A stretch of DNA of 64,000 nt, taken from a virus. The notes below the pieces were generated by a model. The model was not told the DNA's origin, searched no databases, and saw nothing but the letters and a program-made list of their open reading frames with translations. How positions within the stretch are numbered: the first letter of the stretch is position 1; each line of letters starts with the position of its first letter. The stretch is from the IMG/VR virus record IMGVR_UViG_3300045988_176782, positions 1-64,000 of that record; one strand, 5' to 3'. Below are positions 56,485 to 64,000 of this stretch, one piece after another. The position numbers and the translations under genes are program-made.

Positions 56485-57300
56485 TTATATACCAGAGATG
56501 TCTTCATCAAGATATTGTATTTCGCATACAACATCATCTCTTCCTTCCTTTGTCTCTGGCTACGCTATAACTCTAAAAGTAGACACCATAGGGTCTGCTC
56601 TTTCTCCCATTCTCAAATTAATATTACTCAATATACGAATTTTAGGCATACGCAAATAACCTGTGCGTAGTAAGCCCTCATTCTCATCCTTCATTTGAAA
56701 AGTGGCTTCAAGAGTATATAAATTCGTAAATCTCTCACGATTCATAGAATAAGTTATTATATCTTTTTTATATTCAAAATAATAATCGCACATAATGGTT
56801 TGGTCGGCAAATTCTTTTCCAAAATCAATCTTTAAATTGTCAATTAAAATAGGAAAAATGCGGCCTTGAATATTGTTGAAATCATAAGTAAAGAAAAAGT
56901 TTTTATATTCTATATCATTCAAAATAGGATGATACTTTAAATACCCTTTTCCATTCTCATCCAACATAATAACTTCATTATATGGTAAAATATTGTCGTC
57001 TACTTTATTTAACATATTCGCGCCAAGAAGTAGGTTAAAACTTATTGTATTTATCGTTCCATTAGAAAACGCAAATGTTGTTTCTTGACGGTCCTCCCAA
57101 ATAACGCGAGGTTCATTATGCCAACCGCCACGAGCCATAATAGGGCGGACATTTTCAGAAAGAAGCGCAATTTGTAAGTTATCAAAATAAATGACTGGTT
57201 CGCCTGCTTCAAGTAATCTTTCTCCGAAGGCGACTTCATTTTTTGTTTTTATACAAACGCGCTCAAGATTTTTTATACCAAGTTCTTCAAGAGTGTTCAT
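56485..57300 (-). CDS. tail tube-like protein, paralogue of the major tail protein (246 aa to TAG, 271 aa if TAG is read through)
   Basis: RBS GGAGGT plus ATG 57300. It shares LGIK.. and A.GGW.N....W.. blocks with the intron-split gene upstream. TAG at 56560 is followed by 24 more sense codons to TAA 56485-56487. Confidence 0.55.
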
Positions 57301-57328
57301 TATTTACCTCCGAAGATAAAAAAATAAA

Positions 57329-57356
57329 GGGAGCAGGCGGATTAACGCCCGCTCCC
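57329..57356 (-). terminator. intrinsic terminator after the major tail protein gene
   Basis: On the - strand, GGGAGCGGGCG-TTAATC-CGCCTGCTCCC followed by TTTATTTTTTT. Confidence 0.7.
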
Positions 57357-57396
57357 GCGGTTAGTTTCATTTTTAGTGTGCGTAAAGCACTTACCA

Positions 57397-57463
57397 TCAA
57401 TATTTTACTAGAGAGAACATGTTTCCATCATTATCGCGGAGCACATTCAAAGTCATACTAAAT
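57397..57463 (-). CDS. major tail (tube) protein, exon 6 of 6
   Basis: Encodes (T)FSMTLNVLRDNDGNMFSLVKY, ending at TGA 57397-57399, about 40 nt before the terminator. Confidence 0.55.
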
Positions 57464-57602
57464 CATTTTTCTTGCGTTGTATCGCTACTACAACTCTTAT
57501 AATTTCTTATAAGATGAGACTATATCATTCATCAATTTCTTGATTTAACTGCTCTTTCGAGTGCGCTTACACCCTACTTCCTTACGGAATAGTCGTTGAA
57601 CC

Positions 57603-58322
57603 TTAATCCAAAAATTTCCATTTATATCCAAAAGTGGTGATTCGTTTTCCTTCACATACCGCACGAATATTACGACCAGCCGCCGTAGGTTTGCCTAAAG
57701 CTCTTGCCGCCTCATTGGCTGAAGAAAAAGTGGCTATTAAATTTCCTTCTAAATCATATTGTCCAGTTTTTCGTCCGTGTGTTTTCTTGGCATTAACTGG
57801 AATAACACAATTATCTTCTTTATATTTATAAATTGAGTCTTTATAATGCGTAATCTCCCCACGACAATTCTGCGAAACAGCTTGATAGGGTATACCCATT
57901 TTTCTTGCGCATTCTTTTATAGATGCGAAACTTTCAATAAAAATCCCTTCTAAATTATAACGAGAAACTTCACGTTTTAAGCTACAAGTATTAGCTATAT
58001 ATTCTACTGCTCCTCCTGGTTTAATATTATAACCATATTGAGGATTTTGCGTTTTATACAATTGAATATAATATTTTTCTTTATCATTTAAATCTTCATA
58101 AGGGACTTCTTCTAAAATTTCTACAATAAAATTTTCATAACCATACTTTTCAAAAGCTCGCATAAGTGCCGTACAATTTCGATACCCTTTTCCGTCTTTT
58201 CCTGCACGAATTTTTAAAGACTCAATTGTTTTACCGACATATTTTTTATTAGATGGAGAAGTATAGCAATAAATAAAGCCATGATTTTCTTTTGGACGCT
58301 GTTTTAATAATTCTGTATTCAT
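57603..58322 (-). CDS. GIY-YIG homing endonuclease (intron-encoded)
   Basis: GFIYCYTS..KYVGKT..KIRAG motifs plus repeated C-terminal DNA-binding modules (..GYKWKFLD). It contains no TAG. Confidence 0.85.
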   Translation of the reverse strand: MNTELLKQRPKENHGFIYCYTSPSNKKYVGKTIESLKIRAGKDGKGYRNCTALMRAFEKYGYENFIVEILEEVPYEDLNDKEKYYIQLYKTQNPQYGYNIKPGGAVEYIANTCSLKREVSRYNLEGIFIESFASIKECARKMGIPYQAVSQNCRGEITHYKDSIYKYKEDNCVIPVNAKKTHGRKTGQYDLEGNLIATFSSANEAARALGKPTAAGRNIRAVCEGKRITTFGYKWKFLD

Positions 58323-58343
58323 ATTTTCCTTTCTTGGATTCTT

Positions 58344-58452
58344 GGCTGCTGATTGCCCAATCCTATTTTATGTTACTACAAATTTTTATATTTGTCAAAT
58401 TATTACTAATTTGTTGAGTTAAATAGGCTCTAAGGGGATTCCAGCAATTAAG
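58344..58452 (-). repeat. intron-internal repeat, copy A (intron 5)
   Basis: About 109 nt, near-identical to 60667-60774. On the - strand it includes TTGACA-N17-TAACAT and a palindrome ACAAAT..ATTTGT. Confidence 0.7.
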
Positions 58453-58498
58453 CAGTTTTTACTTCCACATTTAAGCCGTGACTTTTCGGATTAGGTTC

Positions 58499-58631
58499 GT
58501 GGAAGGATCGCCTTCTGCCTGCATGGTTAAGGTTACTTCGCTCAACATCTTAGCCTTGTTGATGATGAATTGGAAAGCTTCATCCTTACCAGTGGCTTCA
58601 GAACGAATTAGAGCATCGCCTACAACCTTGT
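58499..58631 (-). CDS. major tail (tube) protein, exon 5 of 6
   Basis: Encodes (Y)KVVGDALIRSEATGKDEAFQFIINKAKMLSEVTLTMQAEGDPS(T). Confidence 0.55.
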
Positions 58632-59749
58632 CATTTTTATTATCGTTTCCTAAACTTCTTATATTTTCATATAAGATTAGACTATATCTTCACACAAATT
58701 ATTTGAGTGTTCGGCACTAACCTCAAGGAATTTAGAGGTATTTAGTCGTTGAGCCTTGAGCAAGTTTTCCATTTAAATCCATAAGCCGTATTGGTATCTT
58801 TATCTAATACTTTACGAATTAAACTTGTTTCCTTTCCGAGACTTTTCGCCGCGGCAGTAATGGAAGGGAAAACTTGGATAATCTTCTTTGTTATTGGGTC
58901 AATTTGTTGAATTTGCTTCGCAGTGTTATTATATTTTTTAACCATTAAAATTTCTGTGCATTCCCAACGATAACCATAAGCACTTTTTAATTCATTACGA
59001 CAACAACGACGAATTGCAGAACGTTCACCGTTCACTGCTCTCGCCGCTTCTGCTAAAGAAGGAAAAGTGTTTATCAATATCCCGTCTAGAGAAAATTGCT
59101 TAATCTTTTTTTCACTATTATCTACAATTCTTTCATGAATAGGGAATCTATTTAATTTTTCATAGCTCCAACAAAAATTATATTGGGTATATACTTTATT
59201 TTCTAAACAACCTTGAAAAGTTTGAGGAACTGTATTAAAAGCTTTTGCAACTTCTGATATATTTTCCCACTCTCTTATAAAAGAACCGTTTTGACTTGAA
59301 TATTGATATACTTTTTTACGTTCTTTAGACCAGCCTTTTTGACCACCATCGGTTAAATTATAACCATTTGGCGCTAAAGTATTAAATAATTGAATATACT
59401 TTTTTTCAGCCTAGTCTAATTGGTTTTTTGGGACTTCTGCTAAAATTTCAACAGTAAAATTAGAAAAGCCATATTTTTGAATTGCTTTATAAAATAAATC
59501 ACACCCTTTATAGCATTTTCCATTATGGCCCGCTCTTTCTTGCAGAGAACGAGTTGTTTGCCCAACATAAGAAGAACCAGATGGAGATGTATATTTATAA
59601 ATAAATCCATAACCACTCTTTGGTCGTTTTTCCATTTTAATACTCCTTGGTTGCTGATTGCCGGCCATTTCAGGCTACGGTTTCCAGCAATTCACCGAAT
59701 TGATTTGCATTTTTTAACTCCCCGCGTGGAGCCCTACAATGTTGAGGAA
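58632..59749 (-). mobile_element. group I intron 4 of the major tail protein gene, with GIY-YIG HEG
   Basis: P1 pairs exon GGAACCU with GGGCUCC (one mismatch). The intron ends ..CGATAATAAAAATG. Core motifs are present. An alternative junction 9/11 nt away is also in frame. Confidence 0.6.
58742..59635 (-). CDS. GIY-YIG homing endonuclease (intron-encoded) with one in-frame TAG
   Basis: RBS AAGGAG plus ATG 59635. GFIYKYTS..SYVGQT..QERAG motifs. ORFs 59411..59668 and 58742..59077 are in the same frame. I hand-translated the whole gap and the only interruption is TAG 59411-59413. Confidence 0.75.
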
Positions 59750-60220
59750 AGGTTCCAGGGAATGTAGAAGGACTAATAACGATTTCAGAAGCGGTGCCTT
59801 CTTCAACTACTTCCTCTTCCCAGAAGAAACGAATCTTAGTGATTTCGGTGGCGGCATCAGCAAAAGGCTTAGTGCCAGTCTTTAAAGTAACAGTGAATTT
59901 CGCGGGATCGCTGCCATCATTAGTTACAGTATCAACTTCGCCAGAGCCACGTAGGCCGTGAGTCATGTCAACCCACTTAAACTTGAAGCCAGCCTTTACA
60001 ACATCCTCACCAGGGAAGTTGTTCTTACCGCCCATAGTCTTCCCATCACCCATTGGGAAGGTAAAGGTTTCACCAACCTTAAAGTTGCGTTCAGCGTTCT
60101 TATAAATAGTAACAGTGTGTTCGTCAGTGGACTTATTATACATCGCACCACCCATGATAATGCGTAGTTCTTCCCAAGATACTACAGCATCTTCTAGGGT
60201 TACATTGATGTCCTTACCAT
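59750..60220 (-). CDS. major tail (tube) protein, exon 4 of 6
   Basis: Carries most of ORF 59670..60155 (..DINVTLEDAVVSWEELRIIMGG...FTVTLKTGTKPF..). Confidence 0.6.
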
Positions 60221-60468
<248 letters not shown>

Positions 60469-60493
60469 AGTCCCAAGTGACCAATTTAGGATT
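60469..60493 (-). CDS. major tail (tube) protein, exon 3 of 6 (25-nt micro-exon)
   Basis: AATCCTAAATTGGTCACTTGGGACT encodes NPKLVTWD plus 1 nt and lies between two intron cores. A 13-nt version that starts after ..AAATTG is also in frame. Confidence 0.55.
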
Positions 60494-60813
60494 CATTGTG
60501 TTCCACATAGTTCGCTAATCTATGCGCGGATTTCTCCTGCTTATGATTTCTCATAATGTTCAGACTATATCTTCATCTTTAGATGGGTCTAAAGAGTCCC
60601 CTGTTTCGTGAGGCTTCTCACTACAATTAGTCGTTGAACCTTTCTCTTTTGGCCTTAAGAGATTTGGCTGCTGATTATCCAATCTTGATTTATGTTACTA
60701 CAAATTTTTACATTTGTCAAATTATTACTAATTTGTTGAGTTAATCAAGCTCTAAGGACGTTCCAGCAATTAAGAGGATTTTTCCGTTGAGGCAAACCTA
60801 AGTATGTATGTCA
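60494..60813 (-). mobile_element. ORF-less group I intron 2 of the major tail protein gene (320 nt)
   Basis: 8-bp P1 pairs exon GUUGGGGU with GCCUCAAC. Family core motifs are present. It shares a ~108-nt near-identical segment with intron 5. Confidence 0.7.
60667..60774 (-). repeat. intron-internal repeat, copy B (intron 2)
   Basis: See copy A. Only a handful of substitutions are visible by eye. Confidence 0.7.
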
Positions 60814-60960
60814 ACCCCAACCGCCCTGAGCTGAAACATTTTCAGCAGTAGTTTCTACAGTAGAAACCTTTAGGGTATTTAAATAAAGTACAATATCGCC
60901 GGCTTTGATGTCTCCTTCGTCGGCTAGAGCTTGGAAATAAACGTTAGCTACTTCCTTAAT
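60814..60960 (-). CDS. major tail (tube) protein, exon 2 of 6
   Basis: Encodes IKEVANVYFQALADEGDIKAGDIVLYLNTLKVSTVETTAENVSAQGGWG. It aligns with IKNLERV...ARGGWHN of the paralogue. Confidence 0.6.
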
Positions 60961-61783
60961 CAATTATGTTACGATTGAACCTGTTATCAATCTCTTATAG
61001 TTTCCTATAAGTTCAGACTATATCTTCATCCGATTTCTCGGAGTCTTGCACAGGAGAAGCAGGATTTTCTTCTCGCTTAGTCGTTGAGCTTTCTAAAAAG
61101 TATTTCCAAACATATCCTCCCGCAGTTTTTCGCTTGCCACGAACACATTGCGTAATAGAACTACGACAAGTTCCAGTCTATTCACTTGCCTCACGTTGAG
61201 AATCATAAACTTTTAACAAATGGCCCTCTAAATCATATTGTGCTACTTTTATTTTAGACGCTTCCGCACCTAAAGGCTGAACCTTTTCAACCCATTCTTT
61301 TACACTTTCTTCACGATGTTTCCCAGAAAAACTATGTTTAGTATTTTCAGAATAAGTAGTCCATTCTAAATTATTAACACAATTATTAGATTTATTAAAA
61401 TCTTTATGATTTACAACAGGATAATTATTTGGATTACTAATAAAAGTAGAAGCTATAATTCTATGAGCACGATATAAATGTCGAGATAAAGATACTAATA
61501 AATAACCATCTTTGTCTTTCCATTGTGAAACAAGTTCTTTTGTGCTTTTATCACGAATTTGCCCATTCTCACAAGCTTCATAATTATTATCAACGGGAAC
61601 TGTTTTCCACATTATTTATTGTCTCCTTTTTAGCTTAGTTGCTGATAGCCCATTGTTGCATCTTATTATTTTTTAAACATTCACGCTTGCATTTGCACGC
61701 TTCGTTGTAGTAAATAAGCTTTAGGGCGTTCCAGCAATTCACAAGAATTGTCAGTAAGAATTGCTCCTTACAGTGGCATTTCT
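60961..61783 (-). mobile_element. group I intron 1 of the major tail protein gene, with HNH HEG
   Basis: The 3' end ..CGTAACATAATTG matches the family. P1 is short (exon UGGU with GCCA). An alternative 5' junction 12 nt downstream is also in frame. Confidence 0.6.
61013..61612 (-). CDS. HNH homing endonuclease (intron-encoded) with one in-frame TAG
   Basis: RBS AAAGGAG plus ATG 61612. HNH_3-type motif VVNHKDFNKSNNCVNNLEW. TAG 61178-61180 is followed by a typical C-terminal DNA-binding module (..CVRGKRKTAGGYVWKY). The frame then runs into the intron core to TGA 61013. Confidence 0.7.
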
Positions 61784-61813
61784 ACCATAACGTTCAAAGA
61801 TGTTAATGGCCAT
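61784..61813 (-). CDS. major tail (tube) protein, exon 1 of 6 (10 codons)
   Basis: RBS AAGGAGG plus ATG 61813, encoding MAINIFERYG. The junction YG|IKEV mirrors LGIKNL in the paralogue. Confidence 0.5.
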
Positions 61814-61827
61814 ATTAAACATCCTCC

Positions 61828-62592
61828 TTATTTAAAAGTCATTGTTTTTATCCAATGAGAGAGTTTGTCTTTTCCTATTTTTGCTCCCGCCATTGCGGCG
61901 CGAGTATTTATATTAAACTCTTCGTGCCAACCCATACGCTTAAGTTGGTCTTGAAAAGCATAATAACTCAATTTCATAACAGATTGAAGCGTATATCCTG
62001 AAGTTCCAATTGGAAGAGAAGCTACCAAATCAGAAAAGTTAATTGTACTTTTATCTGATTTCTTTTGCTTTTCTTTTAGTTCTTTTCGTTTTTTTCTACC
62101 CTCAAGCATTTGGAGCTTTAGCTCTCTTACTTTTTGGGAGTCTGTATCTAAAAACTCTATACGCTCTTCTGAATAATCTTCCATCGCACAAGCTAAACCA
62201 ATATATGTTTGGAAATCATAGAAGTTATCTTTTGTTAAAATGCGTTTTTCAGATGGGTCGCCTAAAATAATACTTGAAGTTTCCAAAGAAATAATAATAG
62301 AATCTTGAGTAAATAAATAAAACGCTTCTTCTAACATTTTCTTTGTTTCTGACTCCATAGAACAAACAAGTAACAAATATTCAAAATCACTTAAATTTTT
62401 TAATACATCATTAACTTCTTTTTCTTCTACAAAAGGTTTCTCAATTAATAATAGAGAAATATCTTTATAAAATTTAGACAAACCAACAGAAATTATATCT
62501 TCTAATATAGGAGAATATATTAAACAAATATCTTTAAAAATTAACGGCTTACCACACAATAAACGCAATTTATCATCATCAATTAAAGTCAT
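61828..62592 (-). CDS. hypothetical structural-module protein
   Basis: 254-aa ORF with no TAG, ending at TAA. Its stop overlaps the RBS of the major tail protein gene. Confidence 0.5.
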   Translation of the reverse strand: MTLIDDDKLRLLCGKPLIFKDICLIYSPILEDIISVGLSKFYKDISLLLIEKPFVEEKEVNDVLKNLSDFEYLLLVCSMESETKKMLEEAFYLFTQDSIIISLETSSIILGDPSEKRILTKDNFYDFQTYIGLACAMEDYSEERIEFLDTDSQKVRELKLQMLEGRKKRKELKEKQKKSDKSTINFSDLVASLPIGTSGYTLQSVMKLSYYAFQDQLKRMGWHEEFNINTRAAMAGAKIGKDKLSHWIKTMTFK

Positions 62593-63070
62593 TAATCTAA
62601 TAATACATCGTATAGCCGCCCATCTAAGGAGAAAGGGTCAATGGAACACACTATACAAACTGTAAATTACCCAAACCACTAAGTTTCGCTTGATTAAATA
62701 GACTATCAATTTCCTACATTAATAAATAAGGCCGCAAATTACCTTCATCAACAATCCATTCTGTATAAGGACAAACAACCTCAAAGCGCACAGTAGAATA
62801 TTTGAAATCTGGATTTTGCGGATTGATAATATATTTATCAAATATAATTGTTATATAGGAGCGCTCTATATTATCAATTTCAGGATACTTTGGAACAATA
62901 ATGAAATTCTCATTCAACAAAGATAACCCATCTACATCCGGAAGTGTAGGGTCAAACGGATTAGAATTTTGATATTTAAGTAGACGACAAATGCGCTAAT
63001 TAGTCGTTAACTTATTAATAATCTTATATAAGTTTTCGCCCATTACGGCGAATCTGCGTTGTGTCGCCAT
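62579..63070 (-). CDS. hypothetical structural-module protein (163 codons) read through 5 in-frame TAG codons
   Basis: RBS AGGAGG 8 nt before ATG 63070. I hand-translated it through TAGs at 62996, 62714, 62650, 62623 and 62597 down to TGA 62579-62581, which overlaps the next gene's start. Confidence 0.55.
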
Positions 63071-63072
63071 AA

Positions 63073-63807
63073 TTAAGCCTCCTACCATAAAGCATAAATA
63101 TCAATTGATTTAGTGTAAGATTGACCATTATATTCTGTAGAAAGAATAACTTTGCCAAGTTTATTACGTTCATTTGCTTTGACAATACATTTATTGCCTT
63201 GATTCTGTATAGAAGCAAGAACTGTATTATCAATAACAAAATCTGTTTCAACTGCACCAATATCTGGCATAACTAATTCATAGGAAGCAGAGCGTCCCAT
63301 CCGAATAAAATTGTCGCCGTTGATATAACCAATCGGCGCGGCACCACCAATGATAACTTTAAGCGTAAGCATTAAGTTTTCATAAGTAAGCAATAATTCA
63401 GTTTCGCCCGCTTCAGTGGCAATTAATTCACCATTTTCATTGTATGATATTTTTTCACTTGGAACTAAAGTTGCTTTAAGGTCTTTTTGAATAACGCCAT
63501 TTTTTAATAAAGTATAAATAGGATTAATAATTTCTCCTACTTCTACTGATAATTGTAATGGAGCATTAATACTCCAAACTTGCAATTTATCAATATTAGC
63601 AATTTGTTCTTGTACGCTATCTCGCAATTCATTTACTTTACTTTCAGTAAAAGATAAGTAAATTGTGCCTGGAACAGATACACGGTCATATTCAATTAGT
63701 TCCCAAGCTTCATCATATAAAATGATTTCTGTTGATTTTTCAATTGGTTGATAAGGCATCAATACTTCCATAAACTTATTTGGCTGGGGCGTAATAAGCT
63801 CGTTCCA
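63073..63807 (-). CDS. 3' exon of a structural protein with Ig-like (Big_2-like) repeats; 5' exon lies beyond the window
   Basis: The ORF 63082..63810 frame begins right at an intron 3' end. Beta-rich Ig-like segments are present (..LQLSVEVGEII.., ..KCIVKANERNKLGKVILSTEY..). TAG 63082 is followed by 2 codons and TAA 63073. Confidence 0.5.
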
Positions 63808-64000
63808 CAATAGACTATATCTTCATCCATTTCTGGAGGCCACCACTTCGGCATTTGCCTACTCCTTTACGGATAGTCGTTGAACTTTACCTTTCGGTCT
63901 TAGCTGCTGATTGTTTATTTTCATCTGGCTTTTAGGATTACTCCATAAGCTATCTTTTCTTTTTTTTCTGCTTTCGCGGCATTCGCATTTAAGCCAAAAT
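63808..64000 (-). mobile_element. 3' part of a group I intron (truncated by window edge)
   Basis: On the - strand it contains AATCAGCAGC, AGTTCAACGACTA and GATATAGTCT in family order, immediately upstream of the exon. A short open frame ending at TGA 63921-63923 enters from outside the window and may be the tail of a HEG. Confidence 0.6.

Larger units (their letters stand above)
57464..58498 (-). mobile_element. group I intron 5 of the major tail protein gene, with GIY-YIG HEG
   Basis: Family core motifs are present and the intron ends ..AAGAAAAATG. Its guide GUGGAAG (rc of 58462-58468) pairs with exon CUUCCAC (rc of 58499-58505). The 5' junction is the least certain of all, because it has C-G rather than U.G. 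Confidence 0.6.

Noticed and set aside
57243-60167. + strand track ORFs in the tail-gene intron region (57243..57461, 57634..57831, 58478..58720, 59525..59767, 59958..60167)
   Set aside because: They lie antisense to HEG ORFs, exons or intron cores whose - strand interpretation explains the sequence.
62996-63012. TAGTCGTTAAC at ~63001 as another intron core (it resembles TAGTCGTTGAAC)
   Set aside because: It lies inside the continuous coding frame of 62579..63070 (..KLTTN-TAG-RIC..). None of the other family motifs accompany it.

Overview
This window is an AT-rich segment of a large tailed-phage genome. Strong AGGAGG-type RBSs and consensus TTGACA-N17-TATAAT promoters suggest a Firmicutes-like host. 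Two convergent modules meet at a bidirectional terminator near 37.93 kb.

The + strand (1-37908) carries replication and nucleotide-metabolism genes: RNase H, ATP-dependent DNA ligase, a ClpP-like protease, PIN-PhoH, both type II topoisomerase subunits, an SSB-like protein, a Sak4-like ATPase, a DnaB-like helicase, a primase, a RecJ-like DHH protein, DnaE-type Pol III alpha, NrdD/NrdG, dUTPase and a RuvC-like resolvase.

The - strand (37946-64000) carries tail morphogenesis genes: an Ig-like structural exon, two small proteins, the major tail/tube protein, a tube paralogue, a tape-measure protein of about 4009 codons, a Dit-like protein and a Tal-like protein.

Two peculiarities dominate the window.

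1. TAG behaves as a sense codon. The late genes become long ORFs only if dozens of in-frame TAGs are read through. A few + strand genes also contain TAG: RuvC, a DUF4041/T5orf172-like gene, and the ORF at 527-1036. Real gene ends are TAA or TGA.

2. I count at least 12 group I introns, about 9.7 kb or 15% of the window. Eight carry homing-endonuclease ORFs: 4 GIY-YIG, 3 LAGLIDADG and 1 HNH. They interrupt topoisomerase II-B, the ATPase Walker A motif, the RecJ-like gene, DnaE, dUTPase, the tape measure and an upstream structural gene. Five of them sit in the ~290-codon major tail protein gene, leaving a 25-nt micro-exon.

Splice junctions were inferred by hand from three lines of evidence: restoration of conserved protein motifs, exon/guide (P1) pairing, and the rule that the exon ends in U and the intron ends in G. 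They may be off by a few nt. I found no tRNA, rRNA or CRISPR array.
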